Assembly (NCBI GenBank): GCA_050943735.1
Contig: JBMNPT010000008.1
Span: forward strand, 15,531 to 79,530
Origin: Eubacteriales bacterium
GTDB taxonomy: Bacteria > Bacillota > Clostridia > Oscillospirales > RGIG577
Reading direction: 5' to 3'
DNA: 64,000 nucleotides
In this document: piece by piece, positions 9,210 through 18,496 of the stretch
How positions within the stretch are numbered: the stretch's first letter is position 1
Layout of the letters: each line of letters opens with the position of its first letter
Program-made: the position numbers and the translations under genes
The notes under the pieces: generated by a model
Seen by the model: only the letters and a program-made list of their open reading frames with translations
Told to the model about the DNA's origin: nothing
Databases searched by the model: none

Positions 9210-10247
9210 ATGTCTGACGCTGTCAAACTCACCAGTATGGTGAAAACCTCCGGCTGTGCAGCCAAGCTGGCCCCGGAAGTACTGCACCAGGTGCTGTCCG
9301 GGCTGCCCCAGGTGAAAAGCGACCGTCTGCTGGTGGGCTATGAAACCAGCGACGACGCGCTGGCCTATCAAATCGACGACCACACCGCCCTGCTGCAGAC
9401 GGTGGATTTCTTCCCGCCCATGGTGGATGATCCCTTTCTATTTGGGCAAATTGCCGCGGCCAACGCCATCAGCGATGTATACGCCATGGGTGGCACGCCG
9501 GTCACCGCCATGAATCTGCTGTGTTTTCCCGCCTGCCTGCCCACCCAGGTGATGCGCGACATTTTGGAAGGGGGCGCCTCCAAAGCCAAGGAGGCGGGTG
9601 TGGTGATCGCCGGCGGGCACACCATCTCTGACCCCACGCCCAAATATGGATTGTGTGTCACCGGACTGTGTCATCCACAGCGCATCCTGCGCAACAGCAC
9701 CGCCCGTCCGGGGGACCTGCTGGTGCTCACCAAACCGCTGGGAGTGGGGGTGTACAACACCGCCCACAAGGCGGAATTGCTCACCGAGGAGCAATTTGCG
9801 CCGGCGGCGGCCTCCATGTCCACCCTCAACCGGCAGGCGGCGGAGTGCGCCCGGGAGGTAATCGTCCATGCCTGTACCGATGTCACCGGCTTCGGGCTGA
9901 TGGGGCACGCCTGCGAAATGGCGGAGGGAAGCGGCTGTACCATCCGGTTGTGGAGTGAGAAGCTGCTCTTTTTGCCCCAGGCCGAAGAGCTGGCCGCCAT
10001 GGGACTGCTGCCCGAAGGAATGTACAACAACCTGCATTACCTGCGGGAGAAGTACGTGCTGAGCCGTCCGCTTTCCCAGAGCCGGGTGGACCTGCTGTTT
10101 GATCCTCAGACCTCCGGCGGATTGCTGCTGGCTCTGCCGCCCCAGGCGGCCCGGGAGTACCTCTCCCGGATGGAGCAGTTCACCGGCTGGGCCCGAATCA
10201 TCGGCGAAGTGCTGCCCCAGGGGGATTGCCCTCTGGTGGTGGAATGA
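9210..10247 (+). CDS. selD: selenide, water dikinase (Cys form)
   Basis: SGCAAK, TSDDA, QTVDFF, AANAISDVYAMG, GGHT, TDVTGFGL.GH, DPQTSGGLL. Confidence 0.96.
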   Translation: MSDAVKLTSMVKTSGCAAKLAPEVLHQVLSGLPQVKSDRLLVGYETSDDALAYQIDDHTALLQTVDFFPPMVDDPFLFGQIAAANAISDVYAMGGTPVTAMNLLCFPACLPTQVMRDILEGGASKAKEAGVVIAGGHTISDPTPKYGLCVTGLCHPQRILRNSTARPGDLLVLTKPLGVGVYNTAHKAELLTEEQFAPAAASMSTLNRQAAECAREVIVHACTDVTGFGLMGHACEMAEGSGCTIRLWSEKLLFLPQAEELAAMGLLPEGMYNNLHYLREKYVLSRPLSQSRVDLLFDPQTSGGLLLALPPQAAREYLSRMEQFTGWARIIGEVLPQGDCPLVVE

Positions 10248-10260
10248 CTCTCACTACAGC

Positions 10261-10300
10261 AAAAAGCCTCTTATGCCAACTGGCATAAGAGGCTTTTTTT
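10261..10300. terminator. bidirectional terminator between selD and yqeB
   Basis: AAAAAGCCTCTTATGCCA-AC-TGGCATAAGAGGCTTTTT. Confidence 0.9.
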
Positions 10301-11090
10301 ACAGCTGTAAACCGGACAAGTGCAGTAGGGCTTCCAGCACCCCGCCGCCAATGGCCCGGGCCTTGTCCGATACCGAAAAGCAATTTTCCCGCCGGCAGCG
10401 GGGGTCCACATCCCCCGCCTTCATGCCTTGCCACACCGGCACGCCGTCCTGCAAAAGGCCCCGCACCACGCCGCCAATCTGGGAGCGCATGGTACTCTCC
10501 CCCACATAGCCGGTGATCTGTCCCGGCTGCACAGTGTCACCAATGGACACCGCCCCCCGGAAAATTCCCTCCGCGGGCGCCCGCAAAATCCGCTGGGTGG
10601 TATAGCCTCCGATCTCACCGGGCACACCGGTGTTGGGCTGGGCACTACCCCGGTACAAGCAGCGTCCCAGATCGTGCCCCCGCATGGTCTCCACCACACA
10701 TTGACAGTCCTCCCCCGCGGTGAATCCCGGTCCCACGCCGATGACCACCGGTGCATCCGAAAGAGAGGTCCCCATATTCCGTTTGGCGATGATGGCGTCC
10801 ACTACCACCTGGGGCTCCCACAGGCGTGCCCGCTCCCCGGCGGGATCGGCCATCACTGCGATGTACCCCGCCGCCACCGCCCGGCGGCAGGCTTCCACAT
10901 CCTGGCAAAGCACTCCGGTGACTCCTTCCACCCGGGCCTCTCCCTGATACACCGCCGGGGAAAAGGCCACCGTCCGGCGCACCGTAGTGGGCACCGGCAA
11001 TTCGGTCATCACAATGGAAAACCCGCAGGCGTGCAGCCGGCAGGCAATACCGCTGGCCAGATCTCCCGCACCTTTGATCCACACTCTCAT
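10299..11090 (-). CDS. yqeB: selenium-dependent molybdenum cofactor biosynthesis protein YqeB
   Basis: KGAGDLASG, VRRTVAFS, DAIIAKRN, ETMRGHDLGR, KAGDVDPR, SDKARAIGGGVLEA. Confidence 0.93.
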   Translation of the reverse strand: MRVWIKGAGDLASGIACRLHACGFSIVMTELPVPTTVRRTVAFSPAVYQGEARVEGVTGVLCQDVEACRRAVAAGYIAVMADPAGERARLWEPQVVVDAIIAKRNMGTSLSDAPVVIGVGPGFTAGEDCQCVVETMRGHDLGRCLYRGSAQPNTGVPGEIGGYTTQRILRAPAEGIFRGAVSIGDTVQPGQITGYVGESTMRSQIGGVVRGLLQDGVPVWQGMKAGDVDPRCRRENCFSVSDKARAIGGGVLEALLHLSGLQL

Positions 11091-11093
11091 CTC

Positions 11094-12101
11094 TCATTCC
11101 TCCATGGGCTCCAAAGCCACCCGCAGCCGGCCGCCGCACCACATCCCCAATGCCCCCGCTTCTTCGTTGTTGAGGGCATAGCTGCGGCACACACAGCCGC
11201 CTTTCTGCTCCAACAGCCGCCGGGCTTCCTCCACCACTGTGAATTCCACCTTTCCTCCGCCAATGGTCCCCACCGTATCATGGGGACGAATCAGCATTCG
11301 GGCGCCCACGCCTCGGGGCGCGGAGCCCTCTTTGGCCACGATGCGGACCAAGACAGCAGGCCCGCTCTGGTGCAGAGCCTCCGCCACCTGCTCGTCCAGA
11401 TAGCATTCCAGCCCCACCCGGTTTTTCTCCTGAATCATCTCCGCCGCAATGCTCACCGCGATCTCCTCCGGCGTCTGCCCGCCGATGTCCAGCCCGATGG
11501 GAGTGTGAACTCGATCAAAGACCTCAGTTGCAATCCCCTTTTCCTCCATCAGCGCCCGGGTGCGGGCAATTTTTTTGCGACTGCCCAGCATACCCACATA
11601 GCCGAAGGGCCGGCGCAAAATGGCTTCCAGACAGAGGGCGTCGTGGGCGTGTCCCCGGGTGGCAATGACGTAATACCAGTTGCCCGGCTGCTGCGGCTGT
11701 GCAAAATACTCCGAAAACTCCATCTGCTGCACCCGGGCCTGGGGGAATCGCTCCTGACGGGCAAATTCCGCCCGGTCCTCCACCACCGTGACCGGCCAGC
11801 GCAGCAGGTCCAACAGGGTGCACAGGGCTTTGGAAATGTGCCCTCCCCCCAGAATCACCACCTGGGGTGCCCGGTACAGCCGCTCTCCAAAAACCTCGTC
11901 CTCTCCCCACCGGTATACGCCCGGCAGCGGATGGGCAAAATCCGCGAGCCGCTGCTGCCACCAGCTTTTCTGGTCCGGAACACAGCGCAGTTCTCCTGTC
12001 CCAATCGCCGCCTTCCACCCGGCATGAGGGCCCTCCAGCACCGTATAACTCTGTACCCCCTCGCTGCCGCACCAGTCAGCCAATTCCGCGTACCAGTTCA
12101 T
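11094..12101 (-). CDS. XdhC-family molybdenum hydroxylase maturation factor (Rossmann then CoxI domain order)
   Basis: GGGHIS, ATRGH..D, YVGMLGS, TPIGLDIG..TPEEIAVSI.AE; C-terminal GSAPR..GARM...CGG. Confidence 0.88.
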   Translation of the reverse strand: MNWYAELADWCGSEGVQSYTVLEGPHAGWKAAIGTGELRCVPDQKSWWQQRLADFAHPLPGVYRWGEDEVFGERLYRAPQVVILGGGHISKALCTLLDLLRWPVTVVEDRAEFARQERFPQARVQQMEFSEYFAQPQQPGNWYYVIATRGHAHDALCLEAILRRPFGYVGMLGSRKKIARTRALMEEKGIATEVFDRVHTPIGLDIGGQTPEEIAVSIAAEMIQEKNRVGLECYLDEQVAEALHQSGPAVLVRIVAKEGSAPRGVGARMLIRPHDTVGTIGGGKVEFTVVEEARRLLEQKGGCVCRSYALNNEEAGALGMWCGGRLRVALEPMEE

Positions 12102-12834
12102 CCCGTTCCTCCTCTGTAAACGCAGTGCGAACGCACCACTCCACTCCTCTTTGCCGCAGCTGTACGGCAATTTCCTCTGCCGCCGCTCTTCGCCCAGGGG
12201 TATCCGCCTTGTTGAGCACCACCCGAAACAGCCGGTCTTCCACTCCTTTTCGCCCACCCAGCGGATGGGTCAGCAGAGCCGCCGCTTCTGCCGGGGAAAG
12301 CCATTGGTCAGGCGTTTTCCCCAGCAGAGCGCACACTCGTTCCGGCCGGTGGCAAACCTCTCCAATGGGGCCTTCCAATCCATCCAGCCCCAGCAGGACG
12401 ATCACCGCCGGACTGGCGGGCCACAGCGCCGGCTCATGGGCGGCGGGGGCTTTGCAGGGCAGCCCTCGGGAACCGTCCGCTTCCACCAGAATGGTACACC
12501 CCAGCTCCTGCGCCGCCCGCCGGCGCTCCTGGAGCAGCGGCCCCAGTTTGCCCGCGGCCGCGGGCAGGCCCGCCACCACCGGTCCCTTTTCCCACCGCAG
12601 CTTTTCCGGCTCTTCCAGCCCGGTCACCTGATATCCCTCCGGCCGCCAGATGTGAGTGGTGGTGGTGAGTAGCACCCGCCCCGTCTGGCGATGCCGTTCC
12701 CAGCCCAACCGGTAGAGCAGGGTGGTTTTTCCGCCGCCCCCCACCAGACAGGCTCCTTCCTCCGGCAGCTCCAGTGCCTGCCACAGAGAATCACAGGTGC
12801 AGCATCCCTGTGCCGTCAACCGCGCACAATCCAT
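12076..12834 (-). CDS. yqeC: selenium cofactor biosynthesis protein YqeC
   Basis: VGGGGKTT, TTTTHI, VEADGS..LP.KAP..HEP motifs. Confidence 0.9.
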   Translation of the reverse strand: MDCARLTAQGCCTCDSLWQALELPEEGACLVGGGGKTTLLYRLGWERHRQTGRVLLTTTTHIWRPEGYQVTGLEEPEKLRWEKGPVVAGLPAAAGKLGPLLQERRRAAQELGCTILVEADGSRGLPCKAPAAHEPALWPASPAVIVLLGLDGLEGPIGEVCHRPERVCALLGKTPDQWLSPAEAAALLTHPLGGRKGVEDRLFRVVLNKADTPGRRAAAEEIAVQLRQRGVEWCVRTAFTEEERDELVRGIG

Positions 12835-12845
12835 ACTCTCTCTCC

Positions 12846-13883
12846 TTATGCCTGCCGGTGCAGCGCCATACGGATGGCATAGTCAATGGCGTTGACCAGA
12901 CTGGTCTCGTTCTGGATTCCCTTCCCAGCCTGATCAAAGGCGGTGCCGTGGTCCACCGAAGTGCGGATAATGGGCAGTCCCAGCGTCACATTGACCCCGC
13001 TGACCGAGCTCCATTTGCCCGCCTGCCGGTCATAGACAAAGCCCACCACCTTGAGAGGGATATGCCCCTGATCGTGGTACATGGCCACCACAATGTCATA
13101 CCAGCCGCCCCGGGCTTTGGAAAACAGAGAATCGGGAGGAATGGGACCCTCCACCTGCATACCCTCCTGGCGGGCCTGGGCAATGGCGGGTGCGATCTCC
13201 TCAATCTCCTCGGTGCCAAACATTCCGTTTTCTCCCGCGTGGGGATTGAGGCCCGCCACTCCAATGCGAGGCTGCTCGATGCCCAAAGACCTACAAGCCT
13301 GATGAGCAATGCGGATCACATCCAGCACCCGGTCCTTTTTCACCCGATCGCAGGCCTCCCGCAGAGAAACATGGGTGGACACATGCACCACCCGCAAATC
13401 CTCATGGGCCAGCATCATGGTGTACTTGGGGGTGTTGGTGTAATGGGCATAGATCTCGGTGTGCCCGGAGAAATGATGTCCCGCCAAATTCATGGCCTCC
13501 TTGTTGAGAGCGTTGGTGACGGTGGCGTCCACCTGTCCCTCCATGGCCAGCTCAATCACTTTGCGCACGCACTGAAAAGCCGCCTCACCGCACATGGCGG
13601 ACACTTTCCCGTAGGCAAACTTGGCCGGGTCGATAAGGTCCATGTGGTATACATCGATCACCCCGTACTCAAACCGAGCCTCTTCCACCCGGCTGACCCG
13701 ACGGACACTGAGCTCCTGTGCCCCCACCATCCCAATGGCGTCCTCAATCATGGCGGCATCCGCCACCACCAGCGGACGGCACCGCTGATACAGTTCTTTT
13801 CTCCGCAGCGCCTTCACGGTGAGTTCCGGTCCGCCGCCCGCAGGGTCTCCCATGGTAATTCCAATGACAGGTCTAGTTTCCAT
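12846..13883 (-). CDS. pdxA: PdxA2-type 4-phospho-tetronate / 4-hydroxythreonine-4-phosphate dehydrogenase
   Basis: GITMGDPAG.GPE, GHTE, STHVSL, GLNPHAGE, MYHDQGHIP.K, IRTSVDHGTAFD; coupled to a DUF1537 kinase. Confidence 0.92.
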   Translation of the reverse strand: METRPVIGITMGDPAGGGPELTVKALRRKELYQRCRPLVVADAAMIEDAIGMVGAQELSVRRVSRVEEARFEYGVIDVYHMDLIDPAKFAYGKVSAMCGEAAFQCVRKVIELAMEGQVDATVTNALNKEAMNLAGHHFSGHTEIYAHYTNTPKYTMMLAHEDLRVVHVSTHVSLREACDRVKKDRVLDVIRIAHQACRSLGIEQPRIGVAGLNPHAGENGMFGTEEIEEIAPAIAQARQEGMQVEGPIPPDSLFSKARGGWYDIVVAMYHDQGHIPLKVVGFVYDRQAGKWSSVSGVNVTLGLPIIRTSVDHGTAFDQAGKGIQNETSLVNAIDYAIRMALHRQA

Positions 13884-15114
13884 TGTGTTCTCCTCTCCCG
13901 CGCAGATATTCCACCGCGCGCACCAGTGCATCCTCTTGCCCAAATCCGCCCGACTTGGTCACCATCCGCAGACCATCCCGGGCGCCGCCCAGCATCCGGC
14001 CCGCCGGAATGCCCGGCGCCACCTCACCCTCCAGGGTCAGGCGGCCAGTGCCCATAGCCCGGCACACCTGCAGCGCAGTGTCCCCTCCGGTGGCCACCAC
14101 GCCGGTCACCCGCTCATCCACACACAGCTGACGGGCCATTTCTCCCAACTGCTCCACAATCTGCCGGGCCTTCTCATATTGCTCGGGCGTATCCCGCAGA
14201 ACCATCTGAAAGGGCTTGTACAAACTGTCCACCGCCAACAGCAGTTCCCGGCTGCCCTGCCCCAGCTGCCGCCGCAGCTCTCCCAGGCATCGTTCCAACT
14301 CCCGCTTAGGGTTCTCCCACAGAGCGTCTGTGTCCAGCAGTACTGGCTGCAGCCCAAATCGCTGCCGCAGTTCTTCCACCTGCTGGGCGGTTTCCCGGTT
14401 CCGGGACCCCACCACTGTCAGCACCGCTCCATCGGTTTCTTCCTCTGGGGCAAACTTGGGTGTCAATCCCATCCGGGCCGCCAGCTGGTCCGCCACCGCT
14501 CCTGCCAGTCCGGCCGAGCCGCACAGCACCACCCGGGGCAATTTTTCGGCCGCCTGGGCCACACTGGCCAGATCCTCCCTAGTCACTGCGTCAGCCACCA
14601 GTGTCTGCACCCCTGCCTGCCGGGCCTGCCGGAGCCACTCCACCAGCTTGTCCGGCCCCTGCCGCACCTGCTGCAGCGGCAGCGGTTCCACCCGGCCGGT
14701 CATTCCCTGCCGGAACAGCGCCAATCCATCGGTGCTTCCCCCGGGCCAACGGAGAATGCCTTTCTCCATGGTACGTTGGTTTTCGGGATAGGCCGGCGCC
14801 ACAATGGCCAGAGCATCCCCCAGCGCCTCCAGCACCCCTTCCAGCTCGCTGTCCGGGTTGCCCCGCAGCAGAGAGTCTATTTTCTTGTAGATGGGCTGTT
14901 CGGTCCCCAGTGCCAGCAGAGTCTGTTTCACCCGCTGTTGGGCCTCCTGAGGAAGCAGCGGCCGGGAATCGGTGTTCACCGCCAACAGGTCACAGTCGGG
15001 CATTTTTCGATCTTCCGATCCTTCCAGCACCTGCACCACCACCGAAAATCCCCGTTTGGAAAACTGTACCGCCGCGTCGTTGGCGCCGGTGAGATCATCT
15101 GCCAGCAACAGCAT
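13873..15114 (-). CDS. four-carbon acid sugar kinase (DUF1537 family)
   Basis: ADDLTGAND, NTDSR, YKKIDSLLRGN, GSAGLA, TGGDTA, TKSGGFG. Confidence 0.92.
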   Translation of the reverse strand: MLLLADDLTGANDAAVQFSKRGFSVVVQVLEGSEDRKMPDCDLLAVNTDSRPLLPQEAQQRVKQTLLALGTEQPIYKKIDSLLRGNPDSELEGVLEALGDALAIVAPAYPENQRTMEKGILRWPGGSTDGLALFRQGMTGRVEPLPLQQVRQGPDKLVEWLRQARQAGVQTLVADAVTREDLASVAQAAEKLPRVVLCGSAGLAGAVADQLAARMGLTPKFAPEEETDGAVLTVVGSRNRETAQQVEELRQRFGLQPVLLDTDALWENPKRELERCLGELRRQLGQGSRELLLAVDSLYKPFQMVLRDTPEQYEKARQIVEQLGEMARQLCVDERVTGVVATGGDTALQVCRAMGTGRLTLEGEVAPGIPAGRMLGGARDGLRMVTKSGGFGQEDALVRAVEYLRGRGEHNGN

Positions 15115-15134
15115 CTGTTCTTCCTCCTTCCAGT

Positions 15135-15168
15135 AAAAAAACCCGTCCCGGGGTTGCCGGGACGGGCC
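15135..15168 (-). terminator. intrinsic terminator between the aldo/keto reductase and the kinase
   Basis: Minus CCCGTCCCGG-CAACC-CCGGGACGGG-TTTTTTT. Confidence 0.75.
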
Positions 15169-15181
15169 GAAATCCTCTGCG

Positions 15182-16165
15182 TCAGCGGGTGGCTTTTTCT
15201 GCGTCGGCACGCATCCGAGCCACATCGGCGGCATCCAGCTGCAGTGCCGCACTCTTTAGATTCTCCTCCACATGGTGAATCTTGCGGGCACCGCACAGTA
15301 CATTCATCTGCTCGCTCTGTGCCATGGTCCAGGCGATCACCAAATTGGACAGTTTGCAGTCATACTTGTCACACAAATCCTGCCAGCCGTCCAGCATGGC
15401 CACCACCTTGGCTCGTTTTTCAGGCTGGTACCACTCGATTTTCTTGCGGTACTCCAGGTCTCCCACCTGATAATCCATGCGGAACCGTCCGGTCAGCAAC
15501 CCCTGCTCCAGCGGAGAATAAGCCTGCATGGTGATTTTTTCCTTTTCACAGATGGGCAGCAGCTCTTTCTCCACCCGGCGGGACAGCATGCTGTATTTCT
15601 CCTGAATCAAATCCACCTGTCCGTATTTCAGATATTCCTTCACATGCCAGGGCTCCACATTGGACACGCCAATGGCCCGAATCTTGCCCTCTTTTTTGAA
15701 TTCCAACAGCTGGTTCATGGTCTCCTCAATGGGCACCATAAAGGGCTCGATGCACTGCCAGTGTGTGATATAGATGTCGATGTAATCGGTTTTCAGGCGG
15801 CGCAGGCTGTTTTCCAGCTCAATGCGCATGGCCCGGGGGCTCAGATTCCGGTATACCGTCCGGCCGTCCCGCTGGGTGTGGATGCCGCCCTCGTCGTCTT
15901 CCCACCACAGGCCGCATTTGGTGGACAGCACCACTTTGTCGCGAATGCCTTCCAATGCCTTGCCCACCACTTCCTCGCTGTGGCCGAAACCATAAGCGGG
16001 CGCGGTGTCCACCAAAGTGATGCCCCCATCAATGGCCGCCCGGATGGCCTGAATCGGGATGGAGTCATCCTGTTTGCCCCAGAAGTCATCTCCACCGGCA
16101 GCCCAGGTGCCAATGCCCATGGCAGACGCTACAATGCCCGATTTTCCAATTTCACGCATTTTCAT
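15182..16165 (-). CDS. aldo/keto reductase, E. coli YdjG-like
   Basis: GIGTWA.GG, DTAPAYGFG.SE, TKCGL.W, DYIDIYITHWQ, YSPLEQGLLTG; close resemblance to YdjG from memory. Confidence 0.9.
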   Translation of the reverse strand: MKMREIGKSGIVASAMGIGTWAAGGDDFWGKQDDSIPIQAIRAAIDGGITLVDTAPAYGFGHSEEVVGKALEGIRDKVVLSTKCGLWWEDDEGGIHTQRDGRTVYRNLSPRAMRIELENSLRRLKTDYIDIYITHWQCIEPFMVPIEETMNQLLEFKKEGKIRAIGVSNVEPWHVKEYLKYGQVDLIQEKYSMLSRRVEKELLPICEKEKITMQAYSPLEQGLLTGRFRMDYQVGDLEYRKKIEWYQPEKRAKVVAMLDGWQDLCDKYDCKLSNLVIAWTMAQSEQMNVLCGARKIHHVEENLKSAALQLDAADVARMRADAEKATR

Positions 16166-16333
16166 GATTTGTTTCCTCCAGACATACAATCAAACAAGGC
16201 AGCACTGTATCAAACAGGCGGCCGCTGTCATTTTCCACCACTTGCATGGTAGCACAGCCGCCGCCTGTTTTTCAATCCTTTTACTGAAAAATCTCAATTT
16301 TTATCAGCCGTTTTCAGCCAATTCACACAAACC

Positions 16334-17074
16334 TCAGTATCCAAAGGCCAGTGCGCCGCCGTCTACCGCCATATCCTGTCCGGTCACGTACTCGGCTTCA
16401 TCAGAGAGCAAATAACAGATCATTGCTCCGATATCCCGGGGATGACCGTATTTGTGCACCGGCATGCGAGCTAGAATCTTCTGCTGGCGCTGAGGGTCCA
16501 TCACCTTTTTGGTGAGTTCCGATGGGAACCAGCCAGGAGCCACCGAATTGACATTGATGTGATCCTCTGCCCATTCCACTGCCAGACCCCGAGTGAGCCC
16601 CAGCACAGCGGATTTGCTGATGCAGTAGGGCACCACCTCACTGAAGCCCAAATGGGCCGCCATAGAGGAAATATTCACCACCCGGCCCCGGGCAGGCGCC
16701 TTTTTAAGATGGGGATAACACAGACAACTGAGCTTGAACAGGCTTTTCACATTGGTCTGCAAAATGCGGTCAAATTCCTCATCAGGGAACTGTTCCGCTC
16801 TGCATTTATAAGTGATGCCCGCGTTGTTCACCAAAAAGTCAATGCCACCTTCTGCGGCCATCTCTTCCACCAGCCGGGCCGCCTGTTGGTAATCATTCAC
16901 ATCTGCCTGCAGGTGATGAATCCCCGGGTGGATTTCTCTGCCATCCCGCGGAGCGCCGCTGCGGCTCCAGGCATATACCTGTGCGCCTGCTTCCGCCAGT
17001 ACCTGGGCCACTTCCAGTCCAATGCCGCTGGACCCGCCTGTTACAATGCCCCGTTTTCCTGTCAAATCAAACAC
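16334..17074 (-). CDS. short-chain dehydrogenase (gluconate 5-dehydrogenase/KduD-like)
   Basis: TGGSSGIG, NNAG, YCISK, NSVAPGWF, VDGG; GTG start after AGGAG. Confidence 0.9.
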   Translation of the reverse strand: MFDLTGKRGIVTGGSSGIGLEVAQVLAEAGAQVYAWSRSGAPRDGREIHPGIHHLQADVNDYQQAARLVEEMAAEGGIDFLVNNAGITYKCRAEQFPDEEFDRILQTNVKSLFKLSCLCYPHLKKAPARGRVVNISSMAAHLGFSEVVPYCISKSAVLGLTRGLAVEWAEDHINVNSVAPGWFPSELTKKVMDPQRQQKILARMPVHKYGHPRDIGAMICYLLSDEAEYVTGQDMAVDGGALAFGY

Positions 17075-17103
17075 TGCGCTTCTCCTCTTTTCCTCTGATT
17101 TTT

Positions 17104-18135
17104 TCAAAATGTCTGCGCCGGAGGGGCTGTGGATTCCCGCACCCTAAATTCCAAAGGCAATACGGTGTGTCTAGGTGACTGCTTCCAGGATTCCCGATCC
17201 CGGCAGGCTTCCAGCACCATGTTGGCCGCCATTTCAGCCATCAATGCCGAAGGGTGAATGTTGGCGGTGACATGGGGACGGATGACATCTCCCAGCACTG
17301 TATCATCAAACCCATCGTAAGCCGCCACTGACAGTCGGTGAGGCACCAGAATGCCGGCTTGCTCACAGGCCTTGAACACCCCGGCTGCCAACTGGTTGTT
17401 GTCACAGTACACCGCCGTAGGAAGGGGCGCTACTGTCCGGAAAATATCCATCATAGCTTCATAGCCGCCTTGCACTGTGTTGTTGCAAAAACGGATAATC
17501 AACTGATCCCGGTCCAGATTGTTTTCTTCGATGGACTGCTGCACGCCGCACCAACGACCCACGCTGGTAGAAATACACAGTGGTCCATTGAGGAGAATGA
17601 TCCGCCGGTGTCCCAGTTCTACCAGATAGTCCATGGCCTTTTTGGCACCGTTCACATTGTCAGACTCAATGCTGTGGGCATTTTTCACCGCCAGATAACG
17701 CCCCACAAACACCACCGGTATTTGCTGTGCAGCGGCTTCATACACCGATGGAGGACAATTGAAGGAAGGGCAGGAGATGATGGCATCCACCCGCCAGCTG
17801 AGCAATTTTCGCACCGCTTCAGCCTCAATTTCAGGATTTTCATGGGTATGCAAAATGGAAATCATATAGCCGTTTTGTTTGAGGATCTCTTCACAGCCTG
17901 CCAGCAGACCGGTGAGAAAGGGGCTCTGCACAGTGGAAATCACCATTCCCACCAATTTACTCTGACGGCTCACCAGGCTGCGCGCCACCGCACTGGGGCT
18001 GTAATTGAGCCTTTTGATGGTCTCCAGCACCAGTTCCTTTTTTTCCTGTGCCACATATCCGTTTTCGCGGATCACCCGGGATACGGTGGAAACAGAAACT
18101 CCTGCTTCCCGGGCCACATCCTTGATGGAAACCAT
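17104..18135 (-). CDS. LacI-family regulator
   Basis: SIKDVAREAGVSVSTVSRV HTH plus periplasmic-binding-protein fold. Confidence 0.93.
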   Translation of the reverse strand: MVSIKDVAREAGVSVSTVSRVIRENGYVAQEKKELVLETIKRLNYSPSAVARSLVSRQSKLVGMVISTVQSPFLTGLLAGCEEILKQNGYMISILHTHENPEIEAEAVRKLLSWRVDAIISCPSFNCPPSVYEAAAQQIPVVFVGRYLAVKNAHSIESDNVNGAKKAMDYLVELGHRRIILLNGPLCISTSVGRWCGVQQSIEENNLDRDQLIIRFCNNTVQGGYEAMMDIFRTVAPLPTAVYCDNNQLAAGVFKACEQAGILVPHRLSVAAYDGFDDTVLGDVIRPHVTANIHPSALMAEMAANMVLEACRDRESWKQSPRHTVLPLEFRVRESTAPPAQTF

Positions 18136-18214
18136 CGGGTCACCTCCTCTCTTTGCTGTATATTTACTGTTTTTATAGTACCATTCCTGCCAAAAAAGTC
18201 AATTCTCTTCCTTC

Positions 18215-18448
18215 TGGTATCGTTATCATTTTACTCAAATTCTTATCACTATTCCAATATATAATGGTACTATTTTTAGACAATTTTTTTAATTTTTTAA
18301 CGATATTACCAATTTTGTTTAAAATCCTTCTGTCATATTGTAGATTTTTTTGCAGGTGTATTGACAATTATAGGGAACAACGACTACAATGTAGGCGTGC
18401 GGTAACGTTACCACATTTTATTTTACCGTTTTTGTAGTATCGTTATCA
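18215..18448. promoter_or_regulatory. TRAP promoter and LacI operator set
   Basis: TTGACA-N18-TACAAT (18361-18390); perfect palindrome GGTAACGTTACC (18401-18412); variants TGGTATCGTTATCA (18215-18228) and TAGTATCGTTATCA (18435-18448). Confidence 0.75.
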
Positions 18449-18496
18449 TCTAAAATTCAAAAACCAAAATATTTTTTAAGAAATGGGGTATTTGTT

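Noticed and set aside
9210-10247. Possible selenocysteine in SelD or neighbouring genes
   Set aside because: SelD has a TGT Cys in GCAAK; no in-frame TGA with continuing homology seen, and no selA/selB/selC in the window
16211-16270. Long intergenic hairpin AAACAGGCGGC...GCCGCCTGTTT between SDR and AKR
   Set aside because: Single copy in the window; most simply an mRNA stabiliser or weak terminator, not a repeat family
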